A DNA stretch of 64,000 bases from Styela clava (lineage: Eukaryota), in contig NC_135254.1 in NCBI RefSeq assembly GCF_964204865.1, positions 15,252,001 through 15,316,000 of the forward strand, given 5' to 3'. Both the position numbers and the translations under genes were made by a program. Below are positions 33,701 through 47,484 of this stretch, in pieces. The notes under the pieces were generated by a model that searched no databases, was not told the origin of the DNA, and saw only the letters and a program-made list of their open reading frames with translations. Each line of letters starts with the position of its first letter. Positions within the stretch are counted from its first letter, which is position 1.

Positions 33701-36700
33701 TGAACATTATCTTCGTCTAAATTTTCTGCACCATCCTCCATATCATCTTCAAAATCAGGAAGTATTCTTCGTCGAGTGTCAAGTCTTTTCATTCTGTGAT
33801 TAACACCGGGTGCATTCATTAAGCCATCAGTGAAAAGAGCGCCTTCGATGTCAGCGGCGACAGAAGGTCGGCGGGTATTTTTCTTTTTGCCTTCAAATGG
33901 AAAAATAAAGAGATATTATCAGCTTGTGTTTGTACCTCTTCAGCGGCGTTCATATAAAAGTCACATCACCGTGCAAACGTTAAAAAAAAATTTTTCTTAC
34001 GGCGGTATCGTCTGACTAAAATAACTAATTTAGGCGTGATAGTTGTTGTTTAAAAGTTAAAATATCTGTTTTTAGATGGATTACAGACAAAAAGTAGTAC
34101 GTACTTTTACAGTAAATAATGCGATATATATATATCATAATCACTGATGTTACCCATTACTACAAGACTAAATTGGCATGGGATAAGTATATATCCAAAT
34201 ATAAAATCAGCTTTTCAAGTGCATCAATCACTAGAACAGTGTTTCTCAAACGTTGGGGCGTAGACAATTTTTTGAGGAGGCGAGAAACTAATTGAAAATA
34301 AAAATATTTGTTAGATTTGATCTTGCCCGCCTTATTTTGAATATTTCAAAACTTTATATATATATATATTTATTTCATTATTTACGTTGCATCTATGTGA
34401 TCCCAACGTTTTTTTTTAATAAAACATGCTTTCGTCTTACTGTTGTTAATCGTCTGTTGTTTGTAGCTTATTGTTAGCTAGTTATTTTTAAGGTGGGTCG
34501 CGAGACTTGACAAATTCTAAAAAGGATGCGCGACCTAAAAAGTTTGAGAAACACTGAAGGTGATGAAGTTGAGCAATAATTTAGTATTCGCTTGGTTTTG
34601 GCCGTCCGTGAAATCACCGCTTATAGTTTGCCGTTGTTTCATACATATTAGCTTTCCTATTGGGATGTGAAAATTGTAGTTCAAAGTACGAGGATTGCCC
34701 AATATTTTGACTAATTTTTGTCAGCAAAACTTGAGCTTAAAGTAATTACATAAAGTAGAAATACCTTGTGTTTGCGACAGATGTAATTCATTCGAGTCGT
34801 ATAGGTAACATATTTAGGCACATGTTATTTTGCACGACTTAATTCCAAGACCACAATGACAAATTTGTTACCGATTACATCTCTTTTTCGTAGTTAGACC
34901 TACTTAACGAATGTATTCCACGAGAGAAACATATTTATAATTACGTTGGTAAGCTGTTTACATGATTTTACGTAATGTATGCATCAAAGCAGTCAGTGTT
35001 GGTACGAAACGTCCGATGTGATAAGTAGGTCAAATGGGTCAAAAATTGTTACTTTGTCAAGACTAAACTTGGTAAATGACCAAATAAATTTTCGTTCAGA
35101 CTTTAGACCAGGGGTGGGCAAATTACGACCCACAGGCCCGATCCGACCCACCGAAGTGTTCATTCGACCCACTTGGGGCTTTTGGAATAACGACTATAGT
35201 TTTTATGGATGTAAATTTCCGCTGAAAATATCGATGAAAATAACAAATCGTCGGCTACATCAGTCCCATTAATCATTGTGTCACTCGGTACACCAGCTGG
35301 TTGTTGTACATTGAGCTGTTACTCTAGTTATTTGCAAATAAAGTGATTTTTATTCACATTGAGTTTTAAGTCTCTGGCCCAGTAACCAAGTGTATTATTC
35401 GTAACTGGCTCACTCAGAAAAGTAATTGCCAACCTCTGCTTTAGACGGTTACGAGGTTATATTAGTTGAATTTTGTTCGGCTTTCGAAACCGTCCGAATG
35501 TACCTTTTTGAATTAACCAGGATTATGTCCCGAGAACACTCCAATACCTCCTTCATCATATCATGGGACGATAAATCGTGCCGGGCTGGACAGCTTATTA
35601 TTTCGATATTTTTAATGACAAGCGACCGTTCGTTCGAGTGATCGAGTGGGTTACCGAAGAAAATACCTCAATTAAACAAACACTTGTTACAATGGGCTTA
35701 ACTGAGGCAAAGTATTTTTAAATTGGAACGCCCGGTAATAATATGGCAAGCAGATAAGAAGCTTTTGTATGGAGGAGTTTTTCATGTCCCATACTTGGTA
35801 AACACTTTATAAGCTGTTGTATAGTACAGTGCTTCCCAAACTTTTTTGACCATCGCCCCCCTAAAGTAGTTTATACAACTTCATCGCCCCCTTGTACTAC
35901 AAAAAAATATAAAGTCAGAAACGAATATATTACAGACCAAATAAGAAGACAAATCATAGTTTATAGTGTTTTTTAATGAGATAAATGAGCTTGGTGTTCT
36001 TCAGCGAGTTTTTTTATTATATCTAAAATTACCCCGTTTACTGATGGAAAGGTGATTTCGTTGTTTTAATAGCAATAGTAGCCGGGCTGAAAACCCCCCT
36101 TTTTACCATATAATAGGTCGGAAATGAAAGAATCCAGGGTTCTACCTCCTCAAAAATCGCCGTGTACTCTTGTCTTATAGCATTTCACTTCCTAAATCCA
36201 CCCCATTTCACATTAAAATAATAAAACCAAAGTTGATTTTCCCAAACTTATAATAATGATTTTCGTACATCTCATTCATTCGTACAGCCTGAGGACCTGC
36301 ACCAAAAAACTTCGGAAAAATTCATTCCCGATTCCTCATCCTATCACGGCCTCCAGTCCGATCACCAGTTCATAATTAACCAGCCATTTGTTTTTGGATT
36401 CATAGACTCGGATGTGGAAGAAGACGTGACTGACTATCGGCTACGGCCCAGGGGTCGGCAAATTTTATGTCGCTCGCAGGACAAATTCAGGGTTGCTAGT
36501 ATTTTGCGGGTCGCATATATTTTTCGAAAGTTAAAAACGGAACAGCGCGCAAAAACTGCGACAATTCGTGAACTCAACTCAGTCGTCTTATTAAAAAAAT
36601 ATTACAATGACATTTAATGTGACACTGTCTTGTTGCTGCATCACGCTGGATAGCTTTACGACGCCAAGATTGAAACATTTTCTAAATGGGCATCACCACA

Positions 36701-39497
36701 CCCACTTCTTTGCTTGTTCTTTGTAATGTTCATTTTCGAAAATAATGGTTTGCACAAATACGTACTTCCAAACATCGAAGTGAATATTTCCGCATGATTT
36801 GTGAAATTTTGATAAATATTTTCTTTAAGAAGATACATTCTTACAAAAATTATGCAGTGATCAATCTCTCGAATAGAATATGAATTTTATTTCCTTATTG
36901 CTTTGCAATATATTCGAATATTTACTGCGCTATTGAACCCCTGCACTCAGCATCAACTTTTCTGCGTGTTTCCATTTGTCTAATTATAATTAAATTGTAG
37001 GCTCGTTAAACGAGTGGCTGTTCACTAAATTGTTAGGATATAGTATAATTCAGTATAAACGTGTCTCGCGATAAATTCTGTTACGTAAAAAAATGTAATT
37101 TACTCCTCGAGCGCAGATTATAAATAAAAAAAAATTCATCGTCAAAACCGCCGTTTGGATATTTCCCCGGGCATAGACTTCCTTGTTTACTTCGTGACAT
37201 TGGCCAATCAGCAAGATGCAAAATACGTAACAATGCCCCCTTTCGCATCCGCTCAGACACTCTCACTCAGACAGATTTTCAGGCGTGGTCGTGAACATTA
37301 CCTCATTTTCGCGTTTTTGAATTATATTCGTTAGTTTTTAGTTGTTTTTCGGAAATTTGAATATAAATCAAATAAGTCAATGAATACTTTGTCTTTCTAT
37401 GAGTTTCAGTTTAAATACAGCAATCAAAAATTAGTGTAGAAATAGCTGTGATAGACTAGGCTCAAATTCTTTATCGGTACTTTTAAAAAACAGATTGTTA
37501 AATGGTGTGTATTAGAATGATAGTTTGAAACAAATACCCCATTTCACAGGCAACAACTCGCGAAACCACTCTTAAAATAAGCACCGAAAATTTTAAAATG
37601 GTAAAGTATGGGAAGAATTTTCCGCGGTCAAAGGTCAGGGAAAGGTTCATTCAGTGAATCGTCCCGGGCCAGATTATTTTATTCCGGCCGTATTTTGCCG
37701 ACCACTAAGATACGCAAACTACCTTGCCTTACTGCGAAGACGAGACCAGAAATCCTTTCGCGTGTGATAATCGCCCACGTGATTTAAGCCTGCGAATGCA
37801 CACAGAGTACAGAATTAAGTGCGCCGAACATAAAACAGGTTTCGCAAAATCGCCCCCTAAGACTTTTTCACCCCCATCTGTATCGTTTTCGCCCACTGGG
37901 GGGCGATATCGCCCACTTTGGGAATCACTGGTATAGTACGTTCAGTAGCGTAAGTGGGTATCTAAAGTGACAGAACATTCGCAGCCAAAAATATCACAAT
38001 GATACTTGAATTTGATCCGGTTAACCCCACTCCAGATTTTATATGAAAGATAATTCTTTCCGGTTTTGCATGATTTTGTGTTATGGGTGTGAAAGGGGCG
38101 TGTACATATTAAAATAAATGTTGAAAATTCAGCATTTTTCATTAGATGCAACATATTTTAGCCTTGAATATGGCTGTGAACAAATGAACGCTGATACGCG
38201 ACTTTCTTACACATAGGGTATTTGTCTAATTCAGTTTGTAACCGAGATCTCTAATCTGGGATGAGAAACGTTTTTAATTGCAATTGATCAATATGTTGGA
38301 TAACTTTATGTTTATTTTTCTTAAAATTAAACCCGGCGCAAATTTTTTTAAACTATTTTCTAGTGAACTGAGTAATTGCTCCAAAATTCCTTTGGCTCCA
38401 TGACTGTCCGATTTTGCTAGGGAATTAATACGTAAAAATACGGATGACATATATTGTTTTGCTAAAATCTTCCCGTATTGGAAATAAATTTGTATTTTAG
38501 CTTTCCGCTTTGTGTATATATATTTATAACATTTATAGGTTTTAGCGATTTTAAATAGTAACATTGTTGTGCGCATTCGAATATCTGTTGGCGGTGTTTG
38601 TTTAGAGTTTAGTTAGACAATACTTCACCCGATTCTGTCCTTATTTACGTGTGGATATCTATGACTCGAGCTCAATACACCACCGATTTAGTTAATCCCA
38701 CATACAATTCTTTCGGAGTCCGCAAGACGCGTGTTTGTATTTGATTTTATTCAGTCATAACCACAAAAGTTATCTATAGATAAATATGGAAACAACTCCC
38801 ACATTTTTCCGTCCAGTTCAAAGCAATACTATTATATTGCGCACAATTATTACCCGACCATGCCATTAGAAACGTAACCGTAAAATCGTCAATTCCAGAT
38901 ATATTAGAAGCCATATAATCGGTATTTTTGTTCATCTAATTTTGGGTGCGCTATTTAATAAGGGTTATGGAAGATGGTGGGTTATACGACCGCTTCTATT
39001 TAATTATTATATAGACTAAACCAGGCTCTAAAGTGCAAAAATTCCGAAATCTGCCGATAGAATAGATAGATAGATATCATCGGCGTACATAGATTTGAAT
39101 ACACGTTTCTACTTGACAAAGACGCCGATAAAAATAGACTGACGCGACTTCCGTAAAGCCGATAAATTTGCACCGTTGGAGGATTTATTCATATATTTTT
39201 TCAAGCTAAAGCAATGGTTAATCGAATTTCAATTCAATTAGTCTTACCTTCATTTTGCGTTTTTTGCATTTGATATCTCAACATCACATTGAATTTTTCA
39301 TCTTTCTTTGCTTTGAGATCGGCTTGTAATTCTCTCTGTCTTCTTGCTACAAATTTTAACATTCGTTTTCTGTCGACTTCGATAACGTTTAAACATCTTT
39401 TTAGGTGAATATTCATTCCTCGATTTGATAAAATAGTTTGCTCGAGTTTTGACGATCTTGTAAGTTTCCTTGCTTCTACATTAATGACAGCAGCCAT
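30798..39497 (-). CDS. Uncharacterised protein with an N-terminal coiled coil (weakly CCDC190-like), about 409 aa, 3 coding exons
   Basis: Exons 39497-39248, 33890-33350 and 31236-30798 join with GT-AG sites and matching phases (1, 2). Minus-strand AATAAA near 30180. The family assignment is weak and the true last exon is uncertain. Confidence 0.65.
32310..33050. mobile_element. Non-autonomous hAT element
   Basis: TIRs CATAGGTTCTCAAA / TTTGAGAACCCCTG; TSD GCCTAGGG at 32302-32309 and 33051-33058. Confidence 0.85.
34237..34556. mobile_element. hAT-like MITE
   Basis: Perfect TIRs CAGTGTTTCTCAAAC / GTTTGAGAAACACTG; TSD not intact. Confidence 0.75.
35109..35438. mobile_element. hAT-like MITE
   Basis: TIRs CAGGGGTGGGCAA / TTGCCAACCTCTG; 8-bp TSD CTTTAGAC on both sides. 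Confidence 0.85.
35827..37930 (-). mobile_element. hAT (Buster/Charlie-type) deletion derivative with a transposase C-terminal remnant
   Basis: TIRs CAGTGCTTCCCAAA / TTTGGGAATCACTG; TSD GTATAGTA. The minus strand at about 36020-36180 reads ILSFPTYYMVKRG/FSA..LL.KQRNHL.I..RG.FR (dimerisation domain, frameshifted). Confidence 0.85.
36449..37707 (-). mobile_element. Nested hAT (SPIN/GTF2IRD2-like) derivative
   Basis: TIRs CAGGGGTCGGCAAA / TTTGCCGACCACT. ORF 36656-36838 reads SMFGSTYLCKPLFSKM..TK.KQRS...D.HLE, a hAT dimerisation motif. Confidence 0.8.
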
Positions 39498-42400
39498 TTT
39501 GGTAAGATATAACTGCAAGATATATATTAGGAATTAGGTGACATTTTCAAACCTCCTATCTACGTACTGTCAAACATCCGCTAGATTTTCGAAACATCAG
39601 CGGGAGCCGCGTCAACATCATACCTCTTTAATAAAAAGTATTCATCTAAAATTGATGACACACTCACTTAGAATAATCTTCTTATTTCAGTAACTATTGC
39701 CAGCTAATACAACACACTTCCACAGCAGAATAGCGACGCCAAAGTTCTGAGATCGAATTATTGTGAACCCGATTCGATTGATATCTTGGGATAACTTCCC
39801 CGGATCAACTTATCCATCCAAATGGTATCATGTCCATCAGTCACGACAGAGCGTATAACATCGTGAGACTGATATCTCAACCTGAATGCCATATTACTTA
39901 TCGCGGATAAGTCTTATATAAATAGAGTACAAAGAATAGTTTCAATTCGTGATTACTATTTTTACAGCGGATAGTATAATGATACAATGCGGCCTTGACT
40001 CCGCCGTTGTCCGATTTTAGTTTTTAAGCGGACATTCCTTTGTTGGTCGGCTTTTCAGGGCAACTTTTGACGCTATCAAAACAGTTTAAATAAATACAAT
40101 AGATACATACTGCATTCGTATTAAAATGAAATATCTTATTTCAACACTTACATAATACTCCTCATTGCGTGCCGATTTAATATTTTTAACGCGACTGGTG
40201 AAGACATAAGATTGGAAGATAAATATTGCAAAGTACTTTTTTATTGACTGTGGAGTTTCAATTAAAAGTCTACCAAGTATGAGCAAAAAATCAAATTGCC
40301 AAGTTTGATTTGTTCTCTGATTGATATCTCGATTGCGGAAAAAGGGTGCGTCAAAGTCCCTCTCCCTTGCGAAATAAAATGTAAAATATTAACATCTATC
40401 CCATCCTAAGTGTATTTGTTTTTGCGCTATGTTGTCATGGATGCTATAATCTCTTCATAAGGCTACAGCAGCTTATTAATGTGAGTTGTTAAAACATAGT
40501 CAATTTTCATTTCAAATTCGATATTCGACGACTAAGTGGCCAAATTATGTAAACATTCCCAGCGTACGAAATTAAATTTTTCATGAGTGAAATAAGTGAC
40601 CATTCTGATTGCTGGTCAATGAGAAGTATAAACATGATACTGAGAACGAATATTTTGCGTTGTTTACACGTGTGGTAGACAAGAAATAATTTCTATCCGT
40701 TCATACGATTCATTGTCAATCTTTCCTGTGGCACTTGAAAAATTATTTCTAGGAAATATTATTTAATTCTTAATCGCGATTAATCGTCTGAAAAGTAGCG
40801 GACACAATTTTATAAGTAAAAGTTTTAATATGTACTCTATACTCGTTTTCAAGTTAGGCGAATTACAGCTTGAGAATACGGCATATTGATACTTCAATAA
40901 AATTCAATATACTGGTACGTATCCAAAAATTAATTAGTAAATAAGCATTCAAATATATACATATACTTGAACTTTGAAGTATTCATCCCGAACTGAACGT
41001 TGAAAATAGTTCGTTAACGCTACAGTATACCGTCCTGAATCCCAACAAATAATAACTTCTGTGGCAGGGATGTGCAACCTGCGGACCGCGAGGAAAATGG
41101 AGGCGCAGTTCTTACCACTTCATGGCAGCTCCTGCCACGAACGTACCACGCCGTCTCCTGCCATGGTTTTATGGCGCTATTACCGGTATATTTACAAATT
41201 CATGTACCATATTTTAGTTTATCATGCGAAATTATATCTACTTGAACCCTAACCCTAACCCCAAATCCATCCAAACTGTATCCATAAGAAAAACATTCCA
41301 ACTCACCAAATATTTATCACCATCAGCAGATTAGGGGCAGCCCTGCTATTACAGCCGACCTGCCGTGGTTACGGCAGTAAAATTGGTGGTATTCGATTTG
41401 CTGCCGTAACCACGGCAGCTCGCTATTGGTTTGTGGCAGCTAAAAAGTCAGTCGCCGTGGGTTTGGTCTTAGTGGCCGTGGTTTGGAAATCCCGCCATGG
41501 TTTTGCGGCAGCTGTAGACGCCACAAAATACTTGAAACTGCACTTGGGAAAATGCGACCGACAAGGAGAAATAGTGCGACCCGCGGAGAAGTGCAAATTT
41601 TGAATGGTGTGCGGCCCGCGAAACGAGTTTTTATTTCAGTCGTGCGAGTAATTCAAACCTCTTCGCGTTGCAAAGCCTATACCTGAGTCCAATTTATTAT
41701 CCACGCCTATGACGTTACAATGCCCTAACAGCTGGCCTGTGCAAAGAGAACAACACATATCATAAGATCAGTAACCAAACTTTTTGTGCCTGTAACTACC
41801 AGAAATCTTTTTCTTTTCTTGAAGTTTTCGTTGTACCCCACGGGCCTTAATTTCATTTCAGCACGTAAAGCGATCACGAAATGACGTTGGCTATCGCTCT
41901 CAACTCAAATGCACGTCATGTTATACCGAATGGTACGCGTGCACTTGAACCAATCCATCTTATCTAAGCACAGCAATTTCTCTTCAGCACTCTGTATATA
42001 TTACGAGACGCAATCAGTCATTCCAGTTTATTCAGTCTGACCCGTGCAAACTTTTTCAACATTTTAAAGTTTCAAACTGTAGTTATCCTTTAGACATGCT
42101 TGATAACGGTTCTAATGACCTGATGTTTGTATCCGTGTATACCCAACACACGGACTCTATCAACCCAGCTCTGCAATATTTGATTACCTCAAAGATGATA
42201 CATCATCTGTCTTGTTAGTGAATGAATTGACGCTTTTGTGAATGTGTCCAGATAACTAATGTGTTTACACGCAAGATACGTCATTAGTTAGACATGAATG
42301 TTACAAGGCGACATTGCGTAGTTACTTGGATAACTAAATGCGTTACTTCTAAATATGGATTTGAAATCAATTTGAGCTTTGTACGAAAAGAGTAACATGA

Positions 42401-44319
42401 TACACCCGAGCTTGAACGAAAAAATAGAAATAAATTTTAATATTCCATCGTTGCAATTGTCTCGAGATATAGACATTTGTTTGTGTAAAAGTACCCATTC
42501 GGAGTGAATTCCTTATTTCCAACTTTCTAATAACTCAACGATGTTTATAATACTTTTACATATATGCAACTTTAAATTCAACTTTAGCTTCGCCTATACT
42601 TACAGTTAAAAGTATTTGAAACAGCTACGTGTCAATGATTTCTTTACTTTGTGAAAATGGCCACTTCTCTGTAACTACATAATATATAAAATGCATATTG
42701 GAAATACCAATCCATTTTCTACGCTAACAATAACACTACTCCGACATCATGTGTGTTTCATATAATTTACCTAGCAAATAATAACTGAGTATTATCCGTC
42801 ATAAATCTTTACACTTAAATAGTCATAGATAGAATATCCTAACATTGAATTTCGAATTGCGCGCTTACTAATGCATTTTGCCCTGTCGTGGGCAATTTTG
42901 CGACGCCATGAAGGGCTATTTTGGCCAGAAGAGAAGAGCTATTTCGGTAACGCGATCAATTTAACTTGGCAGCAAAATGTAGGTGGAGCACCCCTTTGTT
43001 AAAATTGTATTGTGTTCAAGTATTCAGCCGCACTTGGGGAAACAATTCATGTGAAGACAAAATGATGAAACGATTAATTAGAGGTTGGAACTATTTGCAC
43101 ATTTGTTACAAATTGTGGTGCATTTAATATTAATCGGAGTAACGCATAACAAAACCATTATTTATTATTAATGCCATATACGCCGTCTGTGCCCTATAAT
43201 ATTCTGGAAAATTACTATATATCATGTTTAGATTTGGTAGATGCGGCGATTTGATTGGTTCAAATTTTCGCCGATTGTACCAAATTCTTTAAAATATGTT
43301 AGAAATACGCTTTTGCCGTTACCTACTATTACATTTTTCCTTAAACTCTCACTTTTAACACTCTCAAAGCTATATTAATCTATTACATCTCCTTCCAATG
43401 CCGCAGACGCCCTTTTGAACACCTATCACAAATGTCTCTTCCATTTCAGTTCTCATCTTTTCTTCTTCAGCGTTCTCACCAGGTCTATTCCAAAGTGTGA
43501 CAAAACGCAGAGCCGACGTCAACGCCGCGCAATCCAGTTTTTTTTAGCTAGGTCCCGAAATACCAACTTAGACGGACTTGGTTGTTATTTGACGATGGCA
43601 CTAAACTTGCTCATGCTGCTGGTTTTTAAATTACTCAAATATAACAATTCGTAATAAAATGAGTGTCACAAGGTGACATAAGGAAAACACGGCGGAAGTG
43701 TATTTCCTTGCGCATCACACAGTGTCTGGTCTGATTTTAAGTTATATGTGTCACGAAAGAATATAATTTGAAGCGACATTAAACGCGAGATGCGGAAAAT
43801 ACAACGGTAATTCTCGGGAATAAATTTTAAAATAACTGAAGGCCTTATATATATATATATCTATATCTTCTATAAAAGAACGCCAGCCAGGCAACATAAT
43901 AATAGTCTGATTAGAACGGTAAACTCACGTTGTTTAATAAATTTAAAGTAAGTGAACTCGCGATATTTCGATCATTTTGGGGTTTTCTCCGACTTGCGAC
44001 CCGCGAGACCTCCTTAAAAGTTTCTGCAGTCCTTCAATCTAGCAACCTTGAACCACCTCGAGGTAGACTACTAGATACCGGTAAAGTTTCAAACTACAGT
44101 TGTGACTTGTATCCTTTGGTATTTCATTCACGTTTAGACTGGAAGCATATACAGCTCTTGAAGTGCCTAATCAAAACGGTAATCATGCTTACGAATACCA
44201 AGGATCGGGTCTTCTCGCAGTTCAGATCGGTTACTATAAATTCGGTCGATCAGCGTCTTGCCTGAACTGCCTCACTGATGATGAGATCGTTTAACGCTTC
44301 TTCTCATTTAGGATCGGCT

Positions 44320-44495
44320 GGTTCCATTACATTTGTCCCCGTGTACATTTGAACCACGTACACCCACGACAATTGCACCTATGGATTTTTTTTTGTTTCA
44401 CGGATATTTGAACCCATACTAACCCTAACCCATGTTAGCACCCGCATATAGATTGAACCAGCGGATATACACATGGGTTCTAATGTACGGTCACC
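44320..44495. mobile_element. Mutator-like MITE with a 9-bp TSD
   Basis: GGATCGGCT at 44311-44319 and 44496-44504; inverted sister of 26711-26897. Confidence 0.8.
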
Positions 44496-44504
44496 GGATC
44501 GGCT

Positions 44505-44812
44505 CGGCTGTGTCATCTGTCGTGCTAAGCGTTAGGAATACGCTTGCCACCACATCTCTGATTACCCTGTGTGGATTTGTAAGTTTGAATCCCGTGGTGG
44601 TAATTATGTGCGAGAGGATTGTCTAACTCCCGTAGGGTGGTTCACGTTACCGCTGGTCGGTTAGGACTTCCTCCACCACGCATCTAAAACAAACAACTGA
44701 CTAACTATAACCATAACGGCATGGACTGGTAACCGGACAAGAGGCGTTGGTTCGGCATATGATTAAGCCCACTTTCTTCTTCCCCGGGATCAATAGGTAA
44801 ATCCTAAATCCG
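44505..44812 (+). mobile_element. tRNA-derived SINE
   Basis: A-box-like 5' end, B-box-like GTTTGAATCCC and 3' AAATCCT repeats. Homologous to 8222-8497 and to a fragment near 49810-49840. Confidence 0.6.
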
Positions 44813-45993
44813 GAGATAAAAAGGCGATAGCACGATATGCCAGCCGTCGAGCACAATGAAAAGATTGTGGTACCAGCGACCGAATCGAGCACCAGTTACG
44901 CTTACTAAAAAAATGCAGACTGGAATATATTTTCATAATTTATTTCTTGCATACATAAGCTGATTCTTAGATAACAGCACTATTTTGATAATGAGACGAT
45001 ACCAAGATAAGAAATTTTAATTTACCATGTATAGGCAAACCGTGCACGACTATCCAGCATTTATTCCAGGGATAAGAAATGGTAATTTTCTACTTGAAAA
45101 CTTTCTTGATTTCCAACACTCCATGGCAACGCAAATAGGAAGTTATGACTAAACAGCTCTGAGTGGTCAGATCACTGATATAAATGGGAAAATTAAATAA
45201 AAATCAAGGTAAAACTTACAGCACAATAAACTGAATATAAAGCTCTTTAGGATGGAAAATGCTGTTCAGCGTAGCGAAAAAAAAAAATGCGCAAACTATA
45301 GTAATGGACTATGAAACTAAAACTCCAAGCAAATGGCAGCTCCTAATGAATGAAGCCAAATCAAAAAATCTTTTGAAACAGACGAAAACAGATGTAAGTT
45401 GCACAGCTCATGCGAAAAAATAAAATAATATCAGCATCACCAGAATCTTGATGTAAAAATTACATTTTAGAATTGATTGCTCCTAAGAGGATTTCGGGAT
45501 GGCATGTTGATTATATTAAATATTTGATCCGTCCTAAAAAATTTTGATTTTCACATTGAACTTGGATGTGTAAAAAAATTATGATACCTTGGCCACGTAG
45601 TCGGGATTGATGACCCCACTTTATCGCATCCTATGATGATTTTTCAGATAGTGGATGAATAATGTAAGATAGTAAATACTGTAATATGAAGGGTATAAAT
45701 AGCAAAAATTTGCCTTTGCTACATGAAGAAATTTGTTACTTAATTTTTTAATAATTAATTATAAATTAATAAAATTTCAGAAATAGGAATCTTGAGTAAA
45801 TTTAATACAGAGTTATAAGAAAAGTCGGTTAGGGATGGTATAACTAGGACTGATATGAAAATAGAATAATGTTGGAAAATAATTACTTATTAGCAGATAA
45901 GTTCCTAAATGGTACTCATAACTGGATAAATACAACCAGTGTTCACATCCGTTAGAAAATCATACACTTTAGAAGGAGAATAATATGTTAATA

Positions 45994-46498
45994 AAGTGGT
46001 TTTCAACTGGTGTTCCGCAGAACCCTAGGATTCCGCCAGTACAGTCCAGGGGTTCGGCAAGTTTCCATTCCAATCTAAGAGTCCATATATTATTATTTGG
46101 GTGCTCCTGCAGTATGTGAACCAAGATGGCAGGCACCTGAACATAGAGTGTGTACCAGGTTAGGGTTAGGCCATAATTTTATTCCAATTTTCCTTATTTT
46201 AGTTCTTTTACGAATTCGGGGACTAGCCAAGAGACTCCCATAGTATTTGTACCTGAAATTATGGCCTAACCCTAACCTGGTACACATACTACGGGAATAC
46301 CAATATTTGTATACTGTTTAAATGTAATCAAATACCTATTTGGTTTGACACTTTCATTAAACTTGTTACACTATAAAGATCATTTTATTCCATTATTAAG
46401 CTTTTATGTATATTTATAATTTATACAATTTAAACAATGAAACAAATTTAAACTATTACACAGGGGTCCTGCTCTACCAAAGTTGTTGAAAACCACTG
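45994..46498. mobile_element. hAT-like MITE containing a nested palindromic MITE (46100-46301)
   Basis: Outer TIRs AGTGGTTTTCAAC / GTTGAAAACCACTG; the inner element GGTGCTCC...GGGAATACC belongs to the 25885 family. Confidence 0.7.
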
Positions 46499-46808
46499 TA
46501 TTAACATAATGAAGAAAGAAGCATAAAAATTAGCTCAAATTGTATGGAATACAATCTGCCGCAAATGTCTTGAACAAAATATATTTTTCAAACCGTATTG
46601 ACCTATGTCGCAAGGTTTTAAAAAAATTGCACACCACATAAAAAAATGTCTCTTATCTAGAATTTGTAATATAATTAGAATAAAACATAATTAACATAAT
46701 AATTAAAGTTAAAAATATGAAACAAGGAACACTCGCTCAAAATTGAAAGAAATGTATACAGTTTAGCCAAGGCAAGAATATTAAGCGGACACCGATATTG
46801 TTCGCTCG

Positions 46809-47053
46809 CAGGGATGGCCAAAACCAAATATTTCACTATATCAATTCATTCTGAAAAAAATATTTTTGAATATAGAATATCGAATACATTCTAAATTACG
46901 GGCAAGTTCATGTGGAAATATATATCTGCTTTTCTGGTGGCCCGAAATTTTCTAATTTTCAAATAAAAATATTCTAAATTATTCCTAAACTCCATTTTTT
47001 TGAATCGAATATAATTAAATTGGAATGTATTCGATTCGCTTTGGACATCCCTG
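46809..47053. mobile_element. hAT-like MITE
   Basis: TIRs CAGGGATGGCCAAA / TTTGGACATCCCTG with internal GAATA/TATTC motifs. Confidence 0.65.
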
Positions 47054-47484
47054 ATTCAGTGTATTGTGTAACACGAAAACAAGTGGGCTTCCAGTTAAAT
47101 ATAAGTATCGATGATTCGGTCAGATCATGTTTAAATTGATTGGTATAAGTTATATTGATAATAAAATGTCCTGCCTTGAATAGTGTGGTAAGTATTTTTC
47201 TAATACTAATAGTGCAACACAATATAAATTCATTTAAATTAAAACTTTCAACGCTAACACATGCCAAGAGCATAAGACATGGCAAATAGATGCAAATAAC
47301 ACAAAAAATTAAAGTATGAAGCTTGAGTATGATATTTTAAATGGCTTTTTATATTGTAGCTTATCATTGTATCTTGCCCTGGGTAGGCAGTAATTATATT
47401 ATTGTTGTGAATGGATACCTGAAAACAAATTATGATGCAACAAATATAACCGAGTAAGTGCACAGAGAAGAAAAAACTTCAAAC

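Noticed and set aside
41246-41262. Interstitial telomere (AACCCT)n
   Set aside because: Only 2-3 units, embedded in MITE-like repeats as elsewhere in the window.
44505-44600. tRNA gene
   Set aside because: A/B-box-like motifs but no cloverleaf; it continues into a SINE body shared with other copies.
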